Origin: Octopus vulgaris
Lineage: Eukaryota
Direction of reading: 5' to 3'
Length of the DNA: 64,000 nucleotides
Assembly: GCA_951406725.2 (NCBI GenBank)
Contig: OX597836.1
Span: 29,512,001 to 29,576,000, forward strand
This document shows positions 1 to 10,846 of the stretch, in pieces; within the stretch, counting starts at the first letter, position 1, and every line of letters begins with the position of its first letter. The notes beneath the pieces are model-generated. The model saw only the letters and a list, made by a program, of their open reading frames with translations. It did no database searches and was not told where the DNA came from. A program made the translations under genes and the position numbers.

Positions 1-4
1 CACA

Positions 5-456
5 CACACATGTAGGATGTATATAGACACCTTTAATTTTCAAAATTTTTAATCCAACGGTCTTAATATGCTTTCAGCAGTGTAGAATTTACAATGTGAT
101 TATCCTTTATCATTCCAGGTGCCATTATATTAAACATTTGCACAGAGTAACCATGCCACACACAAAAAATTCAGCAGAACTGTCAGATTTTCAAAGAGGT
201 CATATTGTTGGGCAATCTGAGGCTGGTCTTAGCCAGTGAAAAATTGCCAAAAATCTTCAAATTCCTCTTGCTACTGTTAATAGAGTTATAGTACAATTCA
301 AAAGCCAAGGAAAAGAATTAACAAATTCTTGTCCCGGCCAACCTGGGCCCACAGAAAGGAAGCTTCGCTGCTTGAAGAAAACCTCTCCTTCAACCAATTA
401 ATATCAAATAAAAGATTTTGAAAATTAAAGGTGTCTATTTACTTCCAGCATGTCTG
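5..456 (+). mobile_element. Internally deleted Tc1-like element with transposase N-terminal remnant
   Basis: ~40-bp TIRs (catgtaggatgtatatagacacctttaattttcaaaat / attttgaaaattaaaggtgtctatttacttccagcatgtctg). ATG at 153 reads [52 protein letters not shown]..., a paired-HTH domain with a stop at 237. Confidence 0.85.
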
Positions 457-1318
457 TCTGTGTGTGTGTATGTGTGCACACGCGCGTGCGTGCACACACA
501 CACACACACACACATATGTGTATACAGGTACAATAGCAACTTTTCAGACACCAATGATCTAGAACCTCTTATAATTTGCACTACTTCACAATCAAGAATC
601 CTAAATTCCTGCAGCCATCAGACTTGTTTCACAGTGCCTTGCAATATTAATAAACTTGTATCATTTATACTAATGTATAGGTGCCTGTATTTTCATTTAA
701 TCATTTTAAGTAATAGTTGTTTAATCCAGAGTGTGCTGACCAAGGTGACCACCCCTGATTTGGAAAAAATTAGGAATCTGAAAAGGCTTTGAGCCATAGA
801 TTCTGAAAAACTGATTTTGTACCTCTATATACACAATGTGGTCTGTGAGTGTGTGTGCATCAGATATATTGGCTAAGTGATACACCATTGATGCAACTTG
901 AAGTAATAGAAAAGCAGTGAATTTTAGCAATGATATAAGGATTGTTATTTACTCTAAGCTACATATTGAGTACTCTTTGCATATAATATTCCATTCTTTG
1001 TAATACTAGTTGAAGTATTTCATTCATATATATATATACACACACACAAAAATATATCATGTGATTGATCAGACAACTGGATATTGTTATATATCACTGG
1101 TTAAAATGTGCTTTGCATTGTTTTAGCTTTCGCATGATGCCACCCTGTTGGCCAAGTGAGCAGGCCATATATATATATATATATCTTAGAAGATGTAAAA
1201 CACTTGTCACTCATTAATTTCTCTCTTTTCCCTGAAGAGGACACTGCCCAAAACGCTGGATTTTCCACTTCTCACACACCAAGTTCACTGTAATCTTTTT
1301 ATTGATTTTACAACATTT

Positions 1319-1352
<34 letters not shown>

Positions 1353-2362
1353 CATACACACACACATACATATCTCCAGCCCATGTTGAATACACTGAAT
1401 TCCTTTTGTTTGTTAAGTTTTACCATAAAATTTTGCTTCCCTCTTGAAATTATTTATAAGTCGCTAAAATATTTGCCGGTGTTTCACTTAGAAAAATATT
1501 CAGCAGAGTATAACCTGAAAAAATGGAATCTTGTGAAAATACAAATGTACATAGTGATACCTTTTAATTTACACAACTGTACTCATATTTTTAAATAAAC
1601 ATGTTATAGAAACACGTATAGAAATATCCGCTTGTTTCATTTTTGTTCCCCCCATACACACATGCTTTATTTGTGGGTTAACAAGGCTACCAATGGTTTC
1701 ATGTAGAGTGAAATCTCAACAATTATCAAGCCTGCCACATGGAAACATTGTTACATGAAACAATTGGTAGCCTTGATAGCCCGGAAAATAAAGAATGTTT
1801 ATCCACCAATGCAGTGTTGAACACTCATTCTCACTGTTCAATACTAGTGTGTGTGTGTGTACACACACATAATTGATAGCTGTAATTAGATTCTGTTGGA
1901 AATGAAGAGAAGCACAATTAAAGTAAGCTACTCAATACATCACATAGAAAGAGTGGATATTAAAAGTGACCCTTGCAAGACCAGTGCTGTTGTATTGCTG
2001 TGGGAGAAGGGAACAGAGAGTCTCTGTGATGACTTCCTCAAGAGCTCAACAGTTCAAGCCTTGTAGGAGTTACTTATTAGATAAATTGCACATAGATATA
2101 ATACATACATAGCTGAGCATGTGTGTGAGTATGATTTTGTGTTTTGAGGGAAGTAGGGGAAGTGAAGTAAGGCCATAATGGAAATTGTGTAGATATAAAT
2201 GTCATTTAATATATGTAACAGTTAAACATTTCAATTTGATGTTTCAATTATACTTCAAGTTTTTTTGAGGATTTTTCTTTTTACATTTTTTTTTTTAGTA
2301 ATTTTCTCCATAATTTTAGTGTCAGAAACAGACAGTTGCATTGAAATAGCAAACTAGCAGGT

Positions 2363-2397
<35 letters not shown>

Positions 2398-2442
2398 GTA
2401 TATAATATGAAATATGCACACAGGAAAATACAATAAAATATA

Positions 2443-2448
2443 TTTATT
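2443..2448 (-). promoter_or_regulatory. Candidate polyadenylation signal (AATAAA) for Elovl2/5
   Basis: First AATAAA I found on the minus strand after the stop (~440 nt downstream), inside a U-rich 3'-UTR-like stretch. Further candidates near 1667 and 1298. Confidence 0.35.
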
Positions 2449-2891
2449 CAACGATCTAAATTTTAATTCTATAGGATATATAATACTTTTTTTTTATAAA
2501 ACCTGAAATGAAAATGATAAATTTCTTTGTTTCTTGTTTTTTTTCAGATATCATCCAGTTTTCCTATAAAAATGACAGCTGTTTCTAATAGGCAATTCCA
2601 ACAAATGGTGAAGATTAGTTGAGAGGGAAGTGCGGAGTTTCATTAGCCAATGGTTCTTGTATAGTTAAGTAAAACAGTGAACATACTTATTGTTATTATT
2701 ATTATTATTATTATCATCATATTTTCAAAATTGAAGCCATGCTGGTTTAACTGTTTTTTAATGAATTCATACCCTGAAGAATAAAGTTAACAAAAACATA
2801 AAAAAAAAAACAAGAGAAAAATAAATATAAATTGGAAACAAGAAAAGAATTTTAAAAAATTAATTAAAAAGCAAATATATTATGAATTTGG

Positions 2892-3140
2892 CTATTGAGC
2901 TTTCTTCACCGTTCCATTAATGGTGCTTCCATTTTGGGAGCTTTTCTTTTTCGCATAGTTATTTGCTGTGTCTACATTAGGATTTCGTCTGCCTTTGATG
3001 TAAGCCTGGATGTAGAAGTTACTGAACAATATTATCATGAGAATCATGTAACATGTGAGTAGATACTTTCCCCAACTTGGGAATTCACAATTCACTCGTA
3101 TAGAATTTGCTGAGTGAGCAAATGTTACACAGAACTGGAT
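2892..3140 (-). CDS. elovl2/5: Elovl2/5 coding exon 6 (IQFCVTFAHSANSIRVNCEFPSWGKYLLTCYMILMIILFSNFYIQAYIKG...GTVKKAQ*)
   Basis: ttttctttccag|ATC CAG TTC...GCT CAA TAG. 249 nt. Contains LFxNFYxxxY and a C-terminal KKAQ dilysine ER-retrieval signal. Confidence 0.96.
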   Translation of the reverse strand: MQFCVTFAHSANSIRVNCEFPSWGKYLLTCYMILMIILFSNFYIQAYIKGRRNPNVDTANNYAKKKSSQNGSTINGTVKKAQ

Positions 3141-3300
3141 CTGGAAAGAAAAGATAAGTGAAATTTAGAATATCAATTAGTAACAGAGGAGGGGGGCTGT
3201 TTTCAGCAAGAATGGAAGATAACAACGGACAGCTTCTGGTTATATTAGACTTCCTCAGCAAAGCTTAATAGTAATCTGCGAATCACTAAGTATAAAATAA

Positions 3301-4052
3301 TACCGCAAATCCTCAAGTATAATCCACATTTTTTCTCAAAAATTTAAAGGTCAAAATCCCTAGTGCGTACTATATTCAAGGTTAAAAATGAAAATTATTT
3401 TCTAAGCAATATCCAAGTCTATTTGCTGTCCGGCAATGTTTATTCAGATGCATTTTGTGATGTCGGGCGCGAAAATAACTTAAGCTAAGCCTGAAAGCAA
3501 TGAAGTCATAAAAGAATCATCCATAACTTGCCGTAAACAACATTTATTAAACGTTATTACTGTTATTTCTTTATTTTCTACAAACAAAATGCACAAAAAG
3601 GCTACACGTTTGCATTATGTAATATATACAATAATAATAAAAAAGCCGTTACCGTATACAGTTTTACAAACCTGTTTCTTTACTATCCACAAGGGGCTAA
3701 ACAGAGAGAGGACAAACAAGGACAGACAAACGGATTGATTATATCGACCCCAGTGCGTAACTGGTACTTATTTAATCGACCCCGAAAGGATGAAAGGCAA
3801 AGTCGACCTCGGCGGAATTTGAACTCAGAACGTAACGGCAGATGAAATACCACTAAGCATTTCGCTCGGCGTGCTAACGTTTCTGCCAGCTCGCCGCCTT
3901 TACAAACCAGGGGCGTTATATAGACCTCCTTGACTCAAGTTAGAGAAGGGGTGCGTATTATACACAAGGTTTAGGTCTTTCAGAGGTACAGCCCCCTAAG
4001 AGTCCCCTGCGTATTATACTCAAGGGCGGACTATACTCGAGGATTTACGGTA
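3301..4052. mobile_element. pogo/Tigger-like non-autonomous DNA transposon with nested SINE
   Basis: Inverted ends taccgcaaatcctcaagtata / tatactcgaggatttacggta, TA-bounded. Family assignment is inferred from the TACCGTA-type termini. Confidence 0.7.
3673..3898 (-). mobile_element. tRNA-derived SINE family B (head ggcggcgagctggcagaaacgttagc)
   Basis: B-box-like gagttcaaattcc. 10-bp TSD tttacaaacc at 3663-3672 and 3899-3908. Many copies in the window. Confidence 0.85.
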
Positions 4053-5024
4053 CCTTCGATTTTACATTACTTTATGCTTAGTGTCTCCTCGCTACTTCAA
4101 CAACTACAGCAAAACGTATTCTCTGAGTTATCCTGAGTTGTCTCCCATACTTGCCGAAAGAATTATAAAAGCATTTTACAACCAACAAAAATTGTTCTTT
4201 CTTCCTTGCATATTTTTTCTACTTATTTTTTTTTTCCTCCTCCCATACTAACCTTGCATTAAATATTTCTACACAATCTTTACTGCCTTTTCAAAATTTT
4301 TTTATTGTGCAGACGATGTCTGAATTTATTTAAATCCGTTATTTATTCTCTGAATAGTTCAACTCGTTAACCGTATTTTCTGGCACACAAGTCGAATTTT
4401 TCAGACAAAAATTTGCATTCAAAACACGTAGGTTAGGTTATTATACACCAAGACAACTTTGGAGGACCAAATATTCTGTGTAAAATGCAGCAGGAACTGA
4501 AAAGATTGTTTCAATGTTTACACCACATGTTTACATGACGTTGATTTGCACGCCACACAATACGGCAAATGTATAAAGAGTAGAGGCTGTAAATTATCCT
4601 CGCAAAACGAATTTATTTACTCTAAACGTTTATCAAGTAATTGTTGTAGAAAAGGGTTGCAGCACACATTAAGAATACGAAAGCTGTAGTAAATATAAAG
4701 GCTCAAGGTTTAAACACATACTCGGGAATCTTAAATTGTTTTTTTTTTTTTATTGTTTTTTTTTACTACTTCTAACCATGAGGCTGCGGCCAGGCAAAAG
4801 CTCTGCCCCCAAAGAACATCACTGAATACACATTGCTCACCCCTTCCATCAGTAAATACTTTGGTAATATATTTTATCGATTTCATAAAGAGTGAAAAAC
4901 GACGTACGAGTCAAGGGACATAACTCAGAAATAATTATCAATAATTATTATCACACTTCTTTGGTCACCTAACACACACACACACACACGTACAAGATTC
5001 TGAGTTCGATTCCAGGCAGCGACC

Positions 5025-5066
<42 letters not shown>

Positions 5067-5797
5067 CTGTTTATCTTGATATGAGATCACCATGTCGCGC
5101 ACATATGGTTGTGATGCATGTGCCTGGTGTACCCTTATCAGACGGGTAGTCATGATGGGTATATTGGGCTTCGTATATTTTACCCCAGTGTCACTTTAAT
5201 GGTATGAACTGCTCTCTCACTCAATAATAATAATATCGAAAAATACCTTAGGAATGAAAACCTAGGTTCGAGATTTCCTCAAGACACCAAATGAAGGATG
5301 GAGGGTATATCAGCCGAAACAAACAAGATGAGGACGAATAACCGTCAAATGTAAATAATGTAAAAGTCTCTGATGTTAAAAACTTGTCATCTTCATCATG
5401 ATCATCATTTTAATGTCCATTTTCTACACTTGCATGGGTCAAATGTAGTTTATTGAAAATTTTCTATAGTCTAATGCCCTTTCAGAAACCAAACCTCGCT
5501 TATTTCCAAGCTAATATTTCCCCATGACCAGGCATGTTTATTACAGGTTATTGGAAATGAATGATATTCATTTAGAATAATCACACGATATCAAGACAAG
5601 GGAACACACACACAATAGGTTTCTTTCAGTTTCCATCTACCAGATCCACTCACACACTTTGTCATAAGGCTTTTGTCTTCTATTCAGGACGCTTAAGGAA
5701 GTGTCTTAGGTAGAGGACATCTCCCCAAGGAGTCTGAACCTAGAGCCAAGTGGCTGGAAAGCAAAACTTCCCAACAACACAGATACACCTACACCTA

Positions 5798-6428
5798 CTC
5801 TCTTTTACTCTTTTACTTGTTTCAGTCATTTGACTGTGGCCATGCTGGAGCACCGCCTTTAGTCGAGCAAATCAACCCCAGAACTTATTCTTTGTAAACC
5901 TAGTACTTATTCTATCGGTCCTTTTGCCGAACCGCTAAGTTACAGGGACGTAAACACACCAGCATCGGTTGTCAATCGATGTTGGGGGGACAAACACAGA
6001 CACACAAACCAGTGCTTTTCAAACATTTTGCTGGAGTGGAACCCCAAGGAAACATTCCACTGGCTCGAGGAACCCCTGTGCAATAATTTAATAGTCTTAT
6101 GCACACATATCTGCACAGGAGAATTAAAAATTACTGCCGATTTTAGCAGTTTTGTAACTTCTTGCAGAACCCCTGGACTGTACTGGCGGAACCCTAAGGT
6201 TCCGCGGAACCCTGGTTGAAAACCACTGACACAAACATATACATACATATATATATACATATATACGACGGGCTTCTTTGAGTTTCCGTCTACCAAATCC
6301 ACTCAAAAGGCTTTGGTCGGCCTGATGCTATAGTAGAAGACACTTGCCCAAGGTGCCACGCAGTGGGACTGAACCCGGAACCATGTGGTTCGTAAGCAAG
6401 CTACTTACCACACAGCCACTCCTATGCC
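5798..6428 (-). mobile_element. tRNA-derived SINE family A (A box tggctgtgtgg, B box ggttcagtccc, internal AT/GT microsatellite, gtaaaaga tail) carrying a nested hAT MITE
   Basis: Matches the ten or so copies elsewhere in the window. Confidence 0.88.
6010..6228. mobile_element. hAT (Charlie-like) MITE
   Basis: cagtgcttttcaa...ttgaaaaccactg termini with a perfect 8-bp TSD acacaaac (6002-6009, 6229-6236). Confidence 0.88.
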
Positions 6429-6600
6429 TGTTTATATCTAAAACAGAACTTTCATAATTTGAAGCAAGAATACTTTGCTCTAGTTACAGGGAGTGCTCAG
6501 TTACAGCAGATAATAAAATACCCAAAGAATCTAGAAACATTTCCCAGTTATCATCAGAAAAAAAAAAAAACGAATAAACAGAACATCAACATAGTCTTAC

Positions 6601-6725
6601 CAGTTGCATTTTTGTTATATACTTTTTCCACCAGAGTCTCTTTTTTAATGATGGTATAGCAGACAGGCCATAATATGTATACATAACAACATGGATAAAA
6701 CAGTTTAAACAAGCACCGAACCAAG
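6601..6725 (-). CDS. elovl2/5: Elovl2/5 coding exon 5 ((T)[41 protein letters not shown])
   Basis: cttttgtttcag|CT TGG TTC...CAA CTG|gtaaga. 125 nt, phase 1 to 0. Contains NxxxHxxMYxYY, LWWKKYIT and TxxQ motifs. Confidence 0.97.
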
Positions 6726-7629
6726 CTGAAACAAAAGGAAAGTAAAACAGAATTAGAACACATGAAGTAATCGCTTGAATACAACTTTTTATTATTATAA
6801 AGAAACATTTTGGTGAAGATAGAGAGATATTTGTTTAGATACATACCATGAAATAAATGGAACCTGAGTATAACAATGAATTTTTCACTTGTTTTCAAAA
6901 ATCAAGATATACCTCTGTAGAGCAGTGCTCCACAACCGGCATGCCATGGCACACTAGTGTGCCATGAGATGATGCTAGGTGTGCCACAGTGTAACCTGAA
7001 TATAACTTTTTGCCCTATACTTTTAGTTCAGGAATGCCAGCAAATTTTGAAAAGAATATAAGTGTACCGCAAGTGAAAAGAGGTTGTGGAGAACTGCTGT
7101 AGAGATGGAAACTGAAGAGATGGCAAAGATAAAGGTTAGCTCGGGAATACATTGTTTGAGGGCAGTGCAAGGGACAAGTAAAATAATGAATGAAATGAGA
7201 AATAAAGAACGCTTCTAGCAATGAAGAAAGTTTTACACAAAAACCTTTATATTTCGGGTGCAAAGGCCTTTAGATGAGTTGTAGTGCACCTGAGCACTGT
7301 ACACAATTATTATTATTATTATTTCAGAGGGAAGCAGCCAAGGAAATGTGTATTTACAGAGATCCAAATACAAATAGAGGAAACAAGGAAGATTTGGAGG
7401 ATGAGAGTTCATAGTGATTGGCATAGATTGGTATATTCTAGGATGAGACAAAAAGGGGGTTCTTAATGTTGATTTGATGTAGATCACTGGTGAAAAATCC
7501 ACAAGAGATGGCAGGTGCAGATAGTGCTTAACTGCTGTTTCTGAGACAGATGTATATTAGAGGTGGATCTATGCATGTTGCCTATAGCACAATATGCAAT
7601 ATGTGATCCATTGCATTGTCAGATGACTG

Positions 7630-7955
7630 CATGGCAATACCGGTGGCATGTAAAAAGCACCATCCAAATGTGGCTGATGCCAGCACCGCCTGACTGGCGT
7701 CCGTGTCGGTGACATGTAAAAAGCATCAACCGATCGTGGCCATTTGCCATCCTCCTCTGGCCCCTGTGCCAGTGGCACATAAAAAGTACCCACTACACTC
7801 ACAGAGTGGTTGGTGTTAGGAAGGGCATCCAGCTGTAGAAACACTGCCAGATCAGACTGGAGCCTGGCGCAGCCTCTTGGCTTCCCAGACCCCAGTCGAA
7901 CCATCCAACACATGCTAACATGGAAAACGGACATTAAACAATGATGATGATGATA
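7630..7955 (+). mobile_element. Retroposon family D (ggcgttaggaagggcatccagctgtag core, (ATG)n tail, probably RTE-mobilised)
   Basis: Copies at 11125-11360(+), 12235-12520(+), 19870-20310(-), 27241-27435(-), 42180-42660(+), 44270-44760(-), 53212-53455(-) and 61038-61640(-). Confidence 0.8.
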
Positions 7956-8364
7956 CATATATACTTACATGCATACACATTCATATGTATACACACACAC
8001 ACACACATACCCTGTTTGTGTCTTTAGCCAAAGACTTCTAAATCTGTCTTCATTACTAATAGCCATTCTTATTCCTATGATAAAATACTTGATGTAACAG
8101 GAGAAGGAGATCTAGATATTTAAGCAACAGTTTATTCAATGCTAATTTCTGCAATCATGCAACCAAATGCATTATGAGAATAATGTTAACCATTATGATA
8201 ACATATGCTGTTATGAAAATCCACTTAAATCCAATTAATATAAGAATACAAGAATAGAATCACTGAATTATATCTTTTAGGAAGAATTGGTTACTGTATT
8301 GTACAGTTGTGCAGACATAAAGTAGTATAGATTACAAATAGATATTGCTCAATGCTATCTTTAA

Positions 8365-8583
8365 CCCATTAGCATTGAAACTGGCCATATCCAGCCTAAA
8401 TATTCAATCTGTTTTATGATTAAACTGGCCAGATCTGGCCTCTCACACCTACCCTACAATGTCATTCTAAAAATAAACATTCACATCATTGAAGCCTCAA
8501 AGCGACAAGTTAATGCATGATTAATTGAAAACAATGTGAATAAATAAGCACTACATTTGACAAAAAGAATGAATGCTAAAGGG
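8365..8583. mobile_element. piggyBac-like MITE family 1
   Basis: TTAA|cccattagcatt...aatgctaaaggg|ttga. A second full copy lies at 10388-10612; fragments near 27445, 32550, 37410 and 44035. Confidence 0.75.
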
Positions 8584-8969
8584 TTGAGACTGTGTATCCA
8601 TCCTTCCATGACCATCACTCACACACGAATATGGCCTGGTAACATGTACCATGCTTTCACTAATTGTTTTAGGTGCCTGTGTAGTCATGAATAACAAACA
8701 AGAATCATCTACCATGAGCACTGGAATACCCTGCTGGCTATTTGCAACACCAGTGTCTGAAAAGATGATCGGTATTCTATATATTATCGTAGCAAGATTT
8801 GACTGGCAGAAACGTTAGCACGCCAGGCAAAATGCTTAGAGGAGCTTTGTCTGCTGTTATGTTCTGAGTTCAAATTCCACCAAGGTCAACTTTGCCTTTC
8901 ATCCTTTCGGGGTCAATAAATTAAGTACTCAGGTGCTTAGTGGCAGTGATGATATTAAAACTTGCCAAA

Positions 8970-9370
8970 TAGAACTGCTTTTATTTTATAAAGTATCAAA
9001 GAACAAGCATCTTAACAGGCATTCAGAATGAGATTGAGCTGGGTGCTTCATATTACAGTCTAAAACTCCATATTACTCCACTTCAATCATTTAATTTTGC
9101 AATCCAGTTTAAGTTTAAACCAGTACCATGGACATGTGATTAGAATATCATAAGAAAGAATCACAAGACAAATTCTTCAAACTGGGTTCACTGTCAGGAG
9201 ACCTAGGGGTAAACCAAGAATGAGATGGTTCTATAATATCCAAAGTCTTGGTTGGTTGTGCTTAGGAATCCAACTGGAAAGTGTCATGATGATTGCTTCT
9301 GATAGGACCCTATGGTGGTGGTGCTTGAGGACTCTAACCCCACATAACACCCAGAAATAATAGGTAGGAA
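8970..9370 (+). mobile_element. RTE-type LINE 3' fragment
   Basis: Encodes a decayed GHVIR...QILQTGFTVRRPRGKPRMRW C-terminal motif. Inverted near-copy at 21695-22080. Confidence 0.75.
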
Positions 9371-10387
9371 ACCCATCGGAAAGAGACCGTTTCTCCAGCA
9401 TTTGCTCCAGAGATTCATGTCTACGCAGAATCAGAATCCGTAAAAGTTATCATAGAATGAAAATGTGATGCTTAATTAAAATGGTAATTAAGTGGCAATT
9501 AGATGGTAAACACAATTATCCAATTAAGTCTGAGTGGTAAGCTTAATTGCTGGCGTTAAGCCTACCATTCAAGGACAGAAACAGTCCATTTCACAGTTTT
9601 TAACATAGTTTTCATCTCCCAAATTTTACTCACAAGGTTTTAGTAAAGCTGGTCCTCTATGGCCAGCCCCTAAGGCCACTGGATCATCACCCCCAAGATC
9701 CAATCAAACAAAAACCATAACATATACACAAAACATTGTAGCAACATCAATTCTTTCACATGTCTTTCTATTAAACTTTGTAATTAAAGTCTGTCAGTTT
9801 TAACTACAAGTGCTTCAGGTGGTCTGATCAACCTGGTCTGATCCCAGTATAAGCCTTCTTAGGAAAGTTTCTCATATATATTAGTCAGAGGCAGAAGGGC
9901 TACATCCTTGATCCTGTTCAGCCCCTCTTAAGACTAATTGAATGAAGAGAAGAAGTTAAACTCAGACCAAAAGAACCTGGTCCAAATGATTACAACAGAG
10001 TGAATTCTTCTAAAAGTACTCAGGTGCTTAGTGGCAGTGGTGATGTTAAAACTTGCCAAATAGAACTGCTTTTATTTTATAAAGTATCAAAGAACAAGCA
10101 TTTTAACAAGCATTCAGAATGAAATAGATCTGGGTGGTCTGCTCTTGAAATTAACTTGCAAGTGGCTGAGCACTCCACAGACTCACATACCTTTAACATG
10201 GCTCACAGGGTGATTCAACATGACACAGAATGTGACAAGGATTTGAATTACAGGTACTATTCAGTTTTGCCAGCCGAGTGGACTGAAGCAACATGAAATA
10301 AAGAGTCTTGCTCAAGGGAATAATGCACTGCTGAGAATCGACACCATGATCAAGAGCTAAATACCCAAACCACTAAGCCATAATTAA

Positions 10388-10612
10388 CCCTTTAGCATTT
10401 AAACTGGTCATATCCGGCCAAAATACACTCCCTGTTTTATTTTCAAACTAACCAGATCCAGCCTTTCCCACCTACCCTACAATGTTATTCTAAGAATAAA
10501 AAAATCACATCATTGAAATCCTAAAGCTATGGAATAATAATGCACGATTAATTCAAAACAATGTGAAAAAAATAAGCATTACATTTGAGAGAGTTGTCTG
10601 AATGCTAAAGGG
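10388..10612. mobile_element. piggyBac-like MITE family 1
   Basis: TTAA|ccctttagcatt...aatgctaaaggg|ttga, about 60 bp from the exon 4 donor. Confidence 0.78.
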
Positions 10613-10674
10613 TTGAAATAAACTGACGTCAAAAGATGATTATTTAAAACAATATGATTAATGGTAATACTTAC

Positions 10675-10846
10675 TCTGACCCCCAGGAATGAACATCATA
10701 ACCCACCACCAAATATTCAGCATTGTGGCATGATGGAAGACATGCAGGAATGTAACTTGGTCATTTTTTTTCCTTAATATCATTAACACTGTATCCATTA
10801 ATTCAATAGCTTTCGAGAAATAGTACCACCAAAGAACTCGAGCAAG
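10675..10846 (-). CDS. elovl2/5: Elovl2/5 coding exon 4 with histidine box ([57 protein letters not shown])
   Basis: ctgttttgtag|CTT GCT CGA...GGT CAG A|gtaagt. 172 nt. Contains KxxExxDT and QxxFLHxxHH; TMLNIWW resembles the Elovl2/5 SMLNIWW. Not present in the supplied ORF track. Confidence 0.97.
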
